A DNA stretch of 64,000 nucleotides, taken from contig JAAILG010000002.1 in assembly GCA_012026655.1 (NCBI GenBank), positions 186,001-250,000 on the forward strand, written 5' to 3'. Within the stretch, counting starts at the first letter, position 1. Every line of letters begins with the position of its first letter. Below are positions 1 through 9,838 of the stretch, in pieces. The translations under genes were made by a program, and so were the position numbers. The stretch is from Hydrolagus affinis (lineage: Eukaryota). The notes under the pieces were generated by a model that made no database searches, was not told the DNA's origin, and saw nothing but the letters and a program-made list of their open reading frames with translations.

Positions 1-66
1 CAATTATATAAACATTGCTGGCAGTGATCAGTTTCAATTATGGATCCAATTATTACTGAAATAATC

Positions 67-493
67 AGCCTGGTTCAAATAGTGGTATTCTCACCTCTGA
101 GTCAAAGGTTTATGACTTCAAACCATACAACTGGACTTGGAACTCCTATAGTTCCAACTGCCAACTTCCATTGCAATGTTGGCGAGGTGCTATATTTATG
201 GAGGTGCTATCCTTCAGATGAGACATCTCATCTGGCTGTGCAAGTGGACTATCCCATGGCAGTATGTGTAAAAAGAGAAGGGAGTTTCTCCTACTGTGCT
301 TACCAACCAACAGTCTCCCAGAATGAAAATGGTAATTCAATTCATGGGTGTTTGTGTGATATTGCTGTATCTAAATTGGCTGCTGCATTTGCCTTTCCTA
401 CAGTACATACAATAAATCCCGTGAGGTACTTTGAGACGTCCTTCCAATGTAAAAGGTGCCATATCAAATGCAAGATTTATTATTATTATTATT
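67..493 (+). mobile_element. Old, diverged near-full-length Deu-domain SINE (SacSINE1/AmnSINE1-like)
   Basis: Head CTCACCTCTGAGTCAAAGG; Deu-like core GGAGGTGCTATCCTTCAGATGAGAC...ATCCCATGGCA; 3' part TTTGTGTGATATTGCTGT...AAATTGGCTGC...CTTTGAGACGTC...ATCAAATGCAAG followed by (TTA)n. Family name is from memory. Confidence 0.7.
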
Positions 494-1059
494 TTAAAAA
501 TCCATCACCTTCTAGTTATTTGTTTTTCTGACATGAAAGCCACTACCAGAAAGTTGAGAAATAATCTGCTATTTTACAGTTGAGTGTATGAGGATATGAG
601 CTGGAGCCAGGGCAAGTTTAATGGGTCTGCTCCGTTATTTGATTGTCTAAGCCTTAATAGCAAAACAGGACATTGGAGACGACATGGTGGGTCTTAGATT
701 TGTTTTCTGCAAACAAACTGGATTGTTTGGCAAAAACTAAAGAGGTTTTTCATTTTTCTAACCAAGCTGGACATGCAGAAAACTAGTCAGCCCAGGCAAA
801 TGTATGCCTTTTCTTATCCAGTCTTGTTTGTAATTTGTTTCTGTTTCCTATTATACCCTCTCCAGGAAATACTTAAATTTTCCCCTGCAGACTAATCATT
901 TCCTGGGTATTGTTTGAAAGCCAATTGCTCATCTCCTACAAACAAGTAGTACTGCTTTTTTGTTTTAATTGTTCTGTCTGCCTCTCGTTTACATGGTCCA
1001 TCAGGGAAAATCTTTTATTTGTATGGACAGCCGAGTGTCTGATAAACGTAGAGAGCCAT

Positions 1060-1263
1060 CAACAACAACAACAACAAAATTATATTTGCATTGCGCCTTT
1101 CATGTCAGGAGGACATCCCAAGGCGTCACCATGTTTCAGAAGTTCCAAATCACTCAAGAGTTCCATGCGTGTCACCGACATGTGGAAATTCAAGCTTATC
1201 TGATTGCGGCTTGGGGAGCTCAGAATGTGTGTGGGATACTGCTAGAGTCTAACCACCTAAAAC
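1060..1263 (-). mobile_element. Repeat ending in an L2 family-B tail ((TTG)n); non-coding body shared with 54381-54540
   Basis: (CAA)n at 1060-1077, then the reverse complement of CTTGGGATGTCCTCCTGACATGAAAGGCGC; 1208-1263 resembles 54381-54430 on the opposite strand. Confidence 0.6.
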
Positions 1264-1419
1264 GAAAGAATCTAGGCTCCCAGTGACTGATGTTCCATCC
1301 CCCATCCTCCTAGTGAACTAGGCTGGCTGGTCTGTTCATCATCATTGCCCCAAATTATTATGTACCCACCTGATTCAGGAACCATGTCACCTTGGAGCCA
1401 CTTATCACAAATAAGAGTA

Positions 1420-1603
1420 ATCTGGTCACTCAATCCACCAATGTTTGGGGGAACACTACTGGGCGTAATTGACTGCCGCATTTCACCCACAAAATATGCA
1501 GTCAATTCACTTTACAGTATATTTTTGTGAAGCCTTTTGAGATGTCTTGAAGGCATGAAAAGGCATTATAGCAAATGTATGGATGATTATTCTTATTATT
1601 ATT
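1420..1603 (+). mobile_element. 5'-truncated tRNA-SINE (3' half)
   Basis: Matches the 3' half of 19610-19932 (CAGTCAATTCACTTTACAGTAT...TGTGAAGC...TTGAGATGTC) and ends in a (TTA)n-like tail. Confidence 0.85.
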
Positions 1604-2469
1604 ACCATCGTTGGGTAACATCATGAGCAAAACAAGCCATGTAAACCCACCTCAATTTCTGTGAAGTGTCTCTCTATACACACACATACACACATTGGTT
1701 AGCACTGATCAAATTTATATGTTTTTTAAGTAGGATTCTTAAAATGCGCTGGATAAAAAAAAGCTCAGAGATACAAGCCTTTTAACGCACATTAAGTAGA
1801 TCGATATTAAATTCTTTCAAGCCCATCACATCATTCCTGAGTATCTGAAACCATTACAGACAGTGACAAAGACACAGGTCCTTGTTAAATCTCACTAAAA
1901 AAATTGTTCAGAGGTCAGTGAGAATAACAAGAATAACATGGATTTTACTTAGAAAATTAAATCTCTGTCAAAGCTCAGGTAGTGTTCACTAAGGGCTTCT
2001 TTTGTATATCACTTTTTAATGGGAGATTATGCACAGGAGGCAATGGTAATCACTAGGTGTAGTCATTGTCAAGTGCTTGTGAAGGAAAAAAAAATCCCAA
2101 AGAAAATTACATTCGTGAAGGGTGGAAGATGTCACTGTATTGAGTGTTAATAAACAAGCTTATGAAACTGCTGCCCAACTTCGCACGGATTCCACCTCAA
2201 TTACTATAGGAGCAATTGGAACTGATTTAACTACCTGCATTAAGAATGAAAATGATCAGTCACAAAACAAAAGACATTGACCAAATGAACAATTTAAGGA
2301 TTGTGTTTATAATCGTGCCATTGAAGGTAATACAGCCTTAACTGCAATATTGATGCCATAGAGAGTCCAGTAACCTGGTCTCTCTAGCTGTGCTTGTTTC
2401 AAGTCATTGGTGGAGTGGGGGGAGGGGTGGGGGGGGGAACGTAAGCACCATCTGCCCCAAATCTTGGAT

Positions 2470-2610
2470 CACGCTCACGATCAAAGTAGAAGGTTGTCAG
2501 GCGTGATCTGAAAATGGGGGTAGGATGGGGTAAAGAGGAGGGATTGATGGAGAGAGTGCCAAAGTTTAGAAGTGTAGTGGCTAAACACAAGGTTGTGAAG
2601 GTCAATCCTA
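2470..2610 (-). mobile_element. Diverged L2 ORF2 C-terminal fragment
   Basis: Minus strand TTTAGCCACTACAC...CTTTGGCACTCTCT...TTCAGATCACGCCTGACAACCTTCTACTTTGATCG aligns by eye with the L2 copy at 57678-58070; translates FRSRLTTFYF. Confidence 0.6.
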
Positions 2611-3199
2611 GCCTGTTAGATAGGTTTCCCAGGTAAATGTCCTTCCTTGAGGCTCTGCTTCCTTTATACATTTTCTTACAATTCACCAGAATGGACTTGG
2701 TTTTTCATCCTTTGATTGCCTTGGAAAATGTGCCTCTATTCCTCACCAAGCCAATAATAATAGTAATAATATTTTAGGATATAACTCACTTTTCCCCAAG
2801 CCTCCGCCCTCACCATCTCTTCCAAATCAATGGAGAGAATGATTTTATTTGAGAAAACTTTATAGTGGGGAAACTTTCAGTTTAACTTAGCTAATGATTG
2901 CTAAAGCTCCATAGCTCATATCATTGAGATGGTCACAGCCTGAGGAAAATGCAAAGCTTAATATATGAAAATTTGTAATAGCCATGTATCATTCATTGAG
3001 AAAATTGAAGGACTGAATAATCCCTGAATCACCAATCAAATCATTAATGCAAATTTACAAGGAGACTCGCTCTTCAGTCTTGCACAACACGGGAATGTTT
3101 CAAGGAGATTCTTTTTTGAGATTCAAAGGTAATAACATTTGAATAGAAGCTAATTTGATAAACATGGACTCGCGTCATAAATTTGTCCCTTGCAAGGAG

Positions 3200-3385
3200 A
3201 AAGGTTCTGCTGGATTGGAAGGTTGCCAAGGTTAAACTATTCCTTAAATTGGATTTCAAGTCAGATTTGAACAATTACCAATCTGCTTCTATTTCCCCAG
3301 TCTTAACCGTTGCAAAGATAGTTTGTCGGGCCAAGCATAAGGAACATCTAACCACAAGTGACCTTATTAACACTAGCCGTCATCT
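3200..3385 (+). mobile_element. CR1-type LINE ORF2 relic (N-terminal part of the RT domain)
   Basis: Translates LLDWKVAKVKLFLKLDFKSDLNNYQSASISPVLTVAKIVCRAKHKEHLTTSDLINTSRH, resembling the CR1 pattern PEDWKxANVTPxFKKGxxxDPxNYRPxSLTSV...EHLxxxxLIxxSQHGF. Confidence 0.65.
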
Positions 3386-3596
3386 TTCTGCACACAGTAC
3401 TCTATCATTACATGTTTATTCCTATAGTTTTCGTCCTTTTACTCGCTTTTCTTTTCGAGGCATTCGCCAGCGCTGGGCACCATTTTACAAATGCCAGCTG
3501 TCATTCAATTGCTCGCCCAAGTTGCTATTTATCATTCGTTATTTCGGAAGGCAAAGAGCAAAAATGCTTTTGGGGAGCAGGACTATCAAGCCTATT

Positions 3597-3745
3597 CGGA
3601 GAAACTATTTCCACTGGCAGGTGGGTCACGAACCAGAGGACACTGATTTAAAATCGTTATGAAAAGAAACAGAGGGGAGGTGAGGAGAAATGTTTTCACA
3701 CAGCGAGTTGTTCAGATCTGAAATGTATTGCCAGAGCTGCCAGTA
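3597..3745 (+). mobile_element. CR1 ORF2 C-terminal fragment
   Basis: Translates EKLFPLAGGSRTRGH*FKIVMKRNRGEVRRNVFTQRVVQI*NVLPE, carrying the CR1 TRGH...FFTQRVV.IWNxLP motif with stop codons. Confidence 0.85.
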
Positions 3746-3769
3746 GGTTTGCAAAAAAAATTCACATCG

Positions 3770-4018
3770 GGAGAAGCGTTTCACAGGATCTACTGTAAAT
3801 TACAATGACTGCGTATTTTGTTGCCAAACTCAGCAGCCAGCATGCACACAGCAATGTCCCACAAACAACTATGAGGTGAATCATCAATTTTATTTCTGTA
3901 ATTTTTGGCTCGAACACTGGGGGAAACACCTTCTTATTTAACAATGGTGCTATGGGATCTTTAATGGACACCTGAACAGGCAGGTGGGACCTCAGTTTAA
4001 CATCTCATCTGAAGGATG
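3770..4018 (-). mobile_element. Deu-domain SINE fragment
   Basis: Plus strand GGTGCTATGGGATCTTTAATGGACACCTGAACAGG...CCTCAGTTTAACATCTCATCTGAAGG is the reverse complement of the Deu core; CACAGCAATGTCCCACAAACA matches the shared 3' part. Confidence 0.8.
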
Positions 4019-4867
4019 GGGGAATTCAATTCCCTTTATAATCTTTTCCCTCCTTATTTTTGCTCCTGCATCCCGTATTGGCGAAGTTTGCTCGGATGGC
4101 AAATCAAAATCAAAATACCAATGACTAAAACTGGTGCAAATTCAAGGTTAAAGAGAGATATGTTTCAGACATTCCCCTCTTACAAGTCAGGACACAGCAC
4201 ATCCATTCCTGTACTCTACACATACTGCAGATGACGTTTTATCTTCACAAACAAATTAACTGCGCTTTTCGGCTGGATAAGAATCATCTGGGAATCAAGG
4301 CTCAAATAAATTTTTTATTATTTCTTACCTCTCTCTGAAAAAAAAGTGCTGTATCTAACCCCCAGCAGCACAGTGCTGAGATTTTTTTTTCTGGTTTTAA
4401 ATTATTTAAGAAGGGCCAGAATTCAGAAAGCCAAGCTGTGCTGTGCATTGTTTGCTGTTTGTATCCAACTGATATCAACGGTTTTGAAGAAGCCCTTGTC
4501 TGCTTGCCTGTTGAGCACCATCACTGGTTTTACATTCCCAAATAAAGCTCTGGATCGATTCATAATCAAACAGGATGAAAGATAACAAATCAAAGTTTAA
4601 GTCAGATTAGTCTCATTCAAAGTTTTGCATTTTCCTACCGGGTTTGGTCATGCGCTCTCTTGTTTTGTTTAATTTTCTTTTTCTTTCATTGCCAACCTCC
4701 TCTTTCCCCCCTCAACTCCTCTCAACCCTGGGCCACACATGGACTTCTACCAGTAGAGTCCGTCAGGTGTTCTATAGTCACACTACTCCACCACTGCTCT
4801 TTGCCTGCAGTTTCTTTTATAGCACAATATACAATTATATTAAATATCATACTACTGTACAACAAAA

Positions 4868-5037
4868 TATAATGATAATACCAGCATTTGATGCAGCACC
4901 TTACCACATAATTGAAATGTGCCAAAGCACTTCACAGAATATACTGTAAAGCGGATGGATTGTTTATTTTGTGGGAGAAACGTGGCAGACAACCGCACAG
5001 AACAGAGTCCCACAAGTAGCTGAAGATTGAGTGACCA
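4868..5037 (-). mobile_element. 5'-truncated tRNA-SINE (3' half)
   Basis: GCATTTGAT...CAAAGCACTTCACAGAATATACTGTAAAG...GTGGGAGAAACGTGGCAG is the reverse complement of the SINE 3' half. Confidence 0.85.
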
Positions 5038-5383
5038 CATGTTGTTTTTAGATACAATCTGAGAAAGAATAAACTTCCCTTTTTTTTAAGTGCGGCAGTG
5101 ATTACTTCAGTCTTCACGTTCACCTTGCATGAAACCGTTTACTTTTATAAAATCGGGATATATCTCTGTCTACTTTCTGAGTGTTGTGGATCTGTTTACA
5201 TCAACTACCTCTGATGCACTCATGTGTTCATGGTCCTGGCTCTCATATTTGCATAAGTTACCCTGTCTATAAATCAATCAAATATTAACATCAATTAGCA
5301 GCGATCATTTAACACCGTTTGAGCTGATGGAAAAATCATTTTGGAAAAAAGGATTCCCACTTTTCCAACAACAAGAACAAATG

Positions 5384-5432
5384 ACAACAACAACAACACC
5401 ACAATTACATGTGTATAGAGCCCTTCACGTCA
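5384..5432 (-). mobile_element. L2 family-B 3' tail remnant
   Basis: (CAA)n followed by AATTACATGTGTATAGAGCCCTTCACGTC. Confidence 0.6.
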
Positions 5433-5930
5433 TCAGTCTAAGGGTTAACGCTTAAATGCTTCACTTACCAGTTTCTTACTTTTGAATCCAAAGGCTGTTT
5501 TTTTTTAACCCCCACAAATTCAAGGTTCACAACTCAAATTATTGACCAGGTTGTCTCACAGATACCAGCAGATCACCTCTTGGCACGTTTTAAATCAAAC
5601 GTAAAGTGCTATTGCTCGATAAAGTATCTCCTCGGTGGCCTCAGCAACGTGATTACACCTCAGTGAAATAACTTGGCAGAATTCCAAGGTTAATGTATTC
5701 ATATGCAAGCTGTCCTGGCTTGTACCAGCGAATTAAAAATACTACATAAAGTGTCATTTCAATTTACATTAAATCTGTTCATGTTCAATGTAATCACAAT
5801 GGGTAGCGTCAAAATATCATCTTGTATGGATTCCATTCAATCCATATAGTTGGATGAGTCTAAAGCAAATTCACAGCAAGAATGAAGTTACTGAGCAATA
5901 AATCTGATCAGAGAGAGCGAGATATACATA

Positions 5931-6055
5931 AACAAAACACAAAATACTACAGCTATCCAGACGAAGGGATGAAGGGTTGTAGGCCCAAAACGTTGACTCT
6001 TTTTCCTTTCTCCATGGATGCTGTTTGACCTGCTGAGTTTCCCCAGCAACTTTTG
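5931..6055 (+). mobile_element. Penelope-like element (pLTR-type) relic with a decayed minimal hammerhead core
   Basis: GATGAAGGG...CCCAAAACGTTGACTC...CTCCATGGATGCTGTTTGACCTGCTGAGTTTCCCCAGCA matches a common chondrichthyan repeat as I remember it; a related copy lies at 15795-15895. Confidence 0.6.
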
Positions 6056-8525
6056 AGATGTACATAAACCTGCCAAAGATTTAACTAAGCTCAAATATAT
6101 TTAACTGCCACTTCCAAAACAAAAACCAGTTGCCAGACCTGCTTCTTTTGAGCACTTCAATAAATGACCTAATTGGCATTTTAAGTATTTGTGTGATAAT
6201 GAATTAGAGGGTTTAATTGCAGCATGTGAAAAGCACAGGCGACCGACTGACTGACTGTCAGTGTTGATGTGCAGATCTACCTGACTGGGACACCACAATG
6301 CTTTTAACACACGTATTTCTGGTGAAGTTTTTTTTTTCCCCTTTTAACTATCCTTTGCTGCATCTTCCCAAAGAAACCGGTTTCTTCTGCAGTATAATAG
6401 GAATAAACATAGGAATCTCAAGAGTGTTCAACCAAAACAAACTCCAGCACACTAATAAAGTCTTTGGCCTCTAGCCTCAGTGCTTCAGTGTGCAGAAGCC
6501 ATTTATTGCCTTGTATACTCTGGGATTCTTAGGTTTATTACTTAATCACAATGCTTATAAACATGAAACACCGTATGTGCCAGCGAAAACAATTCCCAAT
6601 TCCCAGATCCCTGCAGGACAGTGTTGCAAAAATAATCTAATAATAACGCATTGGAAATAGTCAATCTCAGCGGTTGTTTGATATTCAAATATTTGGGGGA
6701 AGCCAATTCTGCAGCTAGAGAAACAGAACTGCATTTGTACAGTTTAATATTTTTTTTCCTTTTGAGACACTGAGCTCGGTTAAATGACACTGGTCAGGTC
6801 TATTGTATCATTCGAGATGAACGCAACGGAGGAAAGGGCACTTTGGTGTATGATGAACTTGAATAATCCAAATGTAGGCAATTGCAAATCCAGAATTGAG
6901 AACTTCTGTAAAATGTTTAGCAGGCCTCCCAGGCTAGTACCTAAGTTGATTGCCCTGGGAGACTTAGGTTGTTGCATTGAAACTCTTCCGAGGAAAGCTG
7001 GAGGCGACTGGTGATTTCTTTGACAATAAATAAGTGTACTACCTATCCGTGGGTACTGAACATTGAGGAAAACAAAAGCTCAGCTGGAAAATAACACAGA
7101 CATTTAGCTAAGAATGAAAATAGGGATTCATGGTCGATGCTTTCAAAACTCAACACATTGAAGCTACAGTAACATATGTCTGTTAAATTGCGATAGCATT
7201 TTACTTTCAGACTCGACTTTATTTTTATCCTTGGGAATGGTTGGCGTTGCTATCGGGTGCAGCAAAGCGCAAGGGGGCTTGGATACAGGTCCATAGTTGT
7301 GTCTATGCTTAGATCCACCGATCTAGCCTTCTGGTGATTATGTAACATTTTTGACAAACAAATGCAACACTCACCGTGAAATGACTGGACATTTTAAATG
7401 TATGGCATTCAATTGCCCCACGTGTGGCTTTTTATTTCCTCCACTCAAAAATAACATTGATCCTCACTTCATAATTGTTGCTGTCATTAATTAAACTGAG
7501 TAATACACGCATTTTAGATTTTGCCTATATGGTATACATCTTGCATGTGCAGCAAAGCACCATTACAACATATTTGGACAAAGACGACCACCGCAGATGG
7601 TTCAGTTGATAAAACAACTGACTCGAGAAGCCAAGTGAGCCGATCTCTGGTCTCTTCCTGTGGCAATTATGGACTTAATGAATCTCAGAGGACTGGGAAC
7701 ATGGAGCATTGCTAGTGGCTGGGACTGGGGAGCAGAGAACGTTATGAACAATAGTAGCAGGATTTATTTTTAAGATATTGTAACCACCAGATTTTTTTTT
7801 ATTATTCAGTGCGTGACAGTATGGGAGGCTTTGTGAACAGAATGTTCCAGCTGAATCTTGAGACTCTGATTAACAGTTCTCTTTGGCAGGCAATGAGAGA
7901 AACCAAAGGAGACATTGATTCTGAGAGTATCAAGCAGCTTAAATTGTATGACAACAACAGAATTCATTTGAAAGGGGGCGAAATAAAAAGCCGGGAATCA
8001 ATAACAATGCAACTTTTTAAGCTCTTATTCAGCACAGATTTAAGCGTTGATCGACACATCAAGTACGCCTTTCATCTTCACAATTAGTGCCTTTAAAAGA
8101 TGGAAAGTATTGCCTTTAAAAGCAAAGGCTGTTGAAAGAGAAAGCTCCAGCCTTCACTGAGACTACCCCCTTCATTGATGGGCATGGCTTTTAGCCAAGG
8201 TTCTTTGCATTAGGACCTATATTTAGCAGTTAGTCTTGAGCAAGCTGTGTATGTGGCTTTGGACTCAGGCCTTTAGAAAACAAAGATGGCTGGCAAATCA
8301 AAGTTGAATTGAACAGGTCCTTCCATCACACTGAGGGCAGACAATTACTGAGGACAGCAGCTGCTGGAAGATGTTTCCTTATGTCCAGGGTATGTTCAAA
8401 CATCCAGGGCTTATTATCTACCTTGATTGATCCAGGGTGGTAAATCGCTGTTGCTTGAGCTCTGGATGTCCAACTGGTTGAACTACCACTCAATAGATAG
8501 GACAGTGCCTTCGCTTCGACAGGAT

Positions 8526-8805
8526 AGTGCCTTCGCTCCACCGGGTCTGGCCTCCTCCATGTCCCCCCGAATCCTCCGCTCCACCCTCGGCAGCCGTGCC
8601 TTCAGCCACTATGCCCCGAGGCTCTGGAACTCCCTTCCTTACTCCCTTTGCCTCGCCCCCTCTCACAGCTGAAGACCTTTCTCTTCGACCGCGCCTTTGG
8701 TCACCTTTCTACCCCCTGCCCCTGGCTCGTTCCCGGGATCCATTACTGTGAAGCTCTCTGAGACGCCGTCCGGCGTGGAGGGCGCTGTATAAATCAAAGT
8801 TGTTG
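8526..8805 (+). mobile_element. L2 family-A 3' end (ORF2 C-terminus, 3'UTR, TTG tail)
   Basis: Translates STLGSRAFSHYAPRLWNSLP (L2 GxRAFSxxAPxLWNxLP motif); ends GAGACGCCGTCCGGCGTGGAGGGCGCTGTATAAATCAAAGTTGTTG; closely similar to 23485-23627 and 57678-58070. Confidence 0.92.
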
Positions 8806-9639
8806 GTGCAATGTGTCCAGGCCATGGGCAGCAGTAATGGTAGCAACGCTCTCACACATTTGATGTTGAGGCATGCTGCTGTCCATGAAATCCCTAGTGA
8901 GAGAAGTGGTCCTGGTAGGAAAAGCAATAGGAAGCTTGGCAGTGTTTGCAACAGTAAAATTGTACGGTTTTAGCTGGTTTGCTCCAGTTCAGTTGCAGCC
9001 GAATGCAAACTTCGAGGTCTTCAAGTGTGGCTACCGCAAATCAGCACCTAACCTCTCTGGGAATAGGTAAGCGATGTTTGTTAAGAGGATGCGCACTCCA
9101 CATTAGACAAACAAAATCCATGCACTCTCAATGGTTAGATTTTAATTCTTATCCATGTGTGTCGGACACCCAGCCAAACCCTCCCCTCCCACCCCCAATA
9201 AAAACAAAAGAGATAGGATTCTGAATGGACCGTCAATTTTATGGAAACTGTGCAAAGCAAAGATAGACAAGTCAAACGAAAATCAGGGGCAAGCGTTGAC
9301 GAAACGGTAAATAGATAAACTTTGCAGACGTGGCAGGTCTCAGAGGTTCACTTAATCTCAACCCTTTCAAGGCTGTTCCCACAACCCACATCCCCCAAAA
9401 CATAGCTTAATAAATTGGCCTATGTTGGGGGTTTTTTTGTGCTTGGATGGATAGCTTTGGCTTATGAACTCTATATGCAAGAGGTATGGAAATAAATAAG
9501 TTATTTATTTATTAACCCTTACACTTCTTGGAAGATGTACAGAGACCCACATTGCTACAATCTGACTGGTTCTGATTTAAGGCTCTGAGGACGCCCTACT
9601 GACTGATCAATATTTAGAGGCAAGTCTCAACAGCCAGGC

Positions 9640-9838
9640 TATTTTACCTCAGCATCCCAGCTGTCTTTGAGCCAACGTTCACAAAAATGCCTGCACCTCT
9701 CGGCAGACATCACTACACCAGTCATAGCAAGTAGGAACCTCACCGGCTAAGTTTCCTTAACCCAGAGTAATGAGCAAATTCTAGCCTCCACCACTCTGTC
9801 TGAGATCAGCTAACTCAGCAGAAACGAGGGACCTTTTT
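9640..9838 (-). mobile_element. Ancient tRNA-derived SINE fragment (AmnSINE2-like, name from memory)
   Basis: Minus strand AAGGTCCC...TGCTGAGTTAGCTGATCTCAG...CTGGGTTAAGG...AGCC...GGTTCC resembles an old gnathostome SINE body. Confidence 0.5.

Noticed and set aside
40-531. 163-aa ORF, the longest in the track
   Set aside because: It lies over a Deu-SINE, and the poly-Tyr stretch is the (TTA)n tail. No protein-family features.
8999-9066. Possible plus-strand exon (CAG...AG/GTAAGC)
   Set aside because: Weak pyrimidine tract, unrecognisable peptide in both open frames, and no partner exons.
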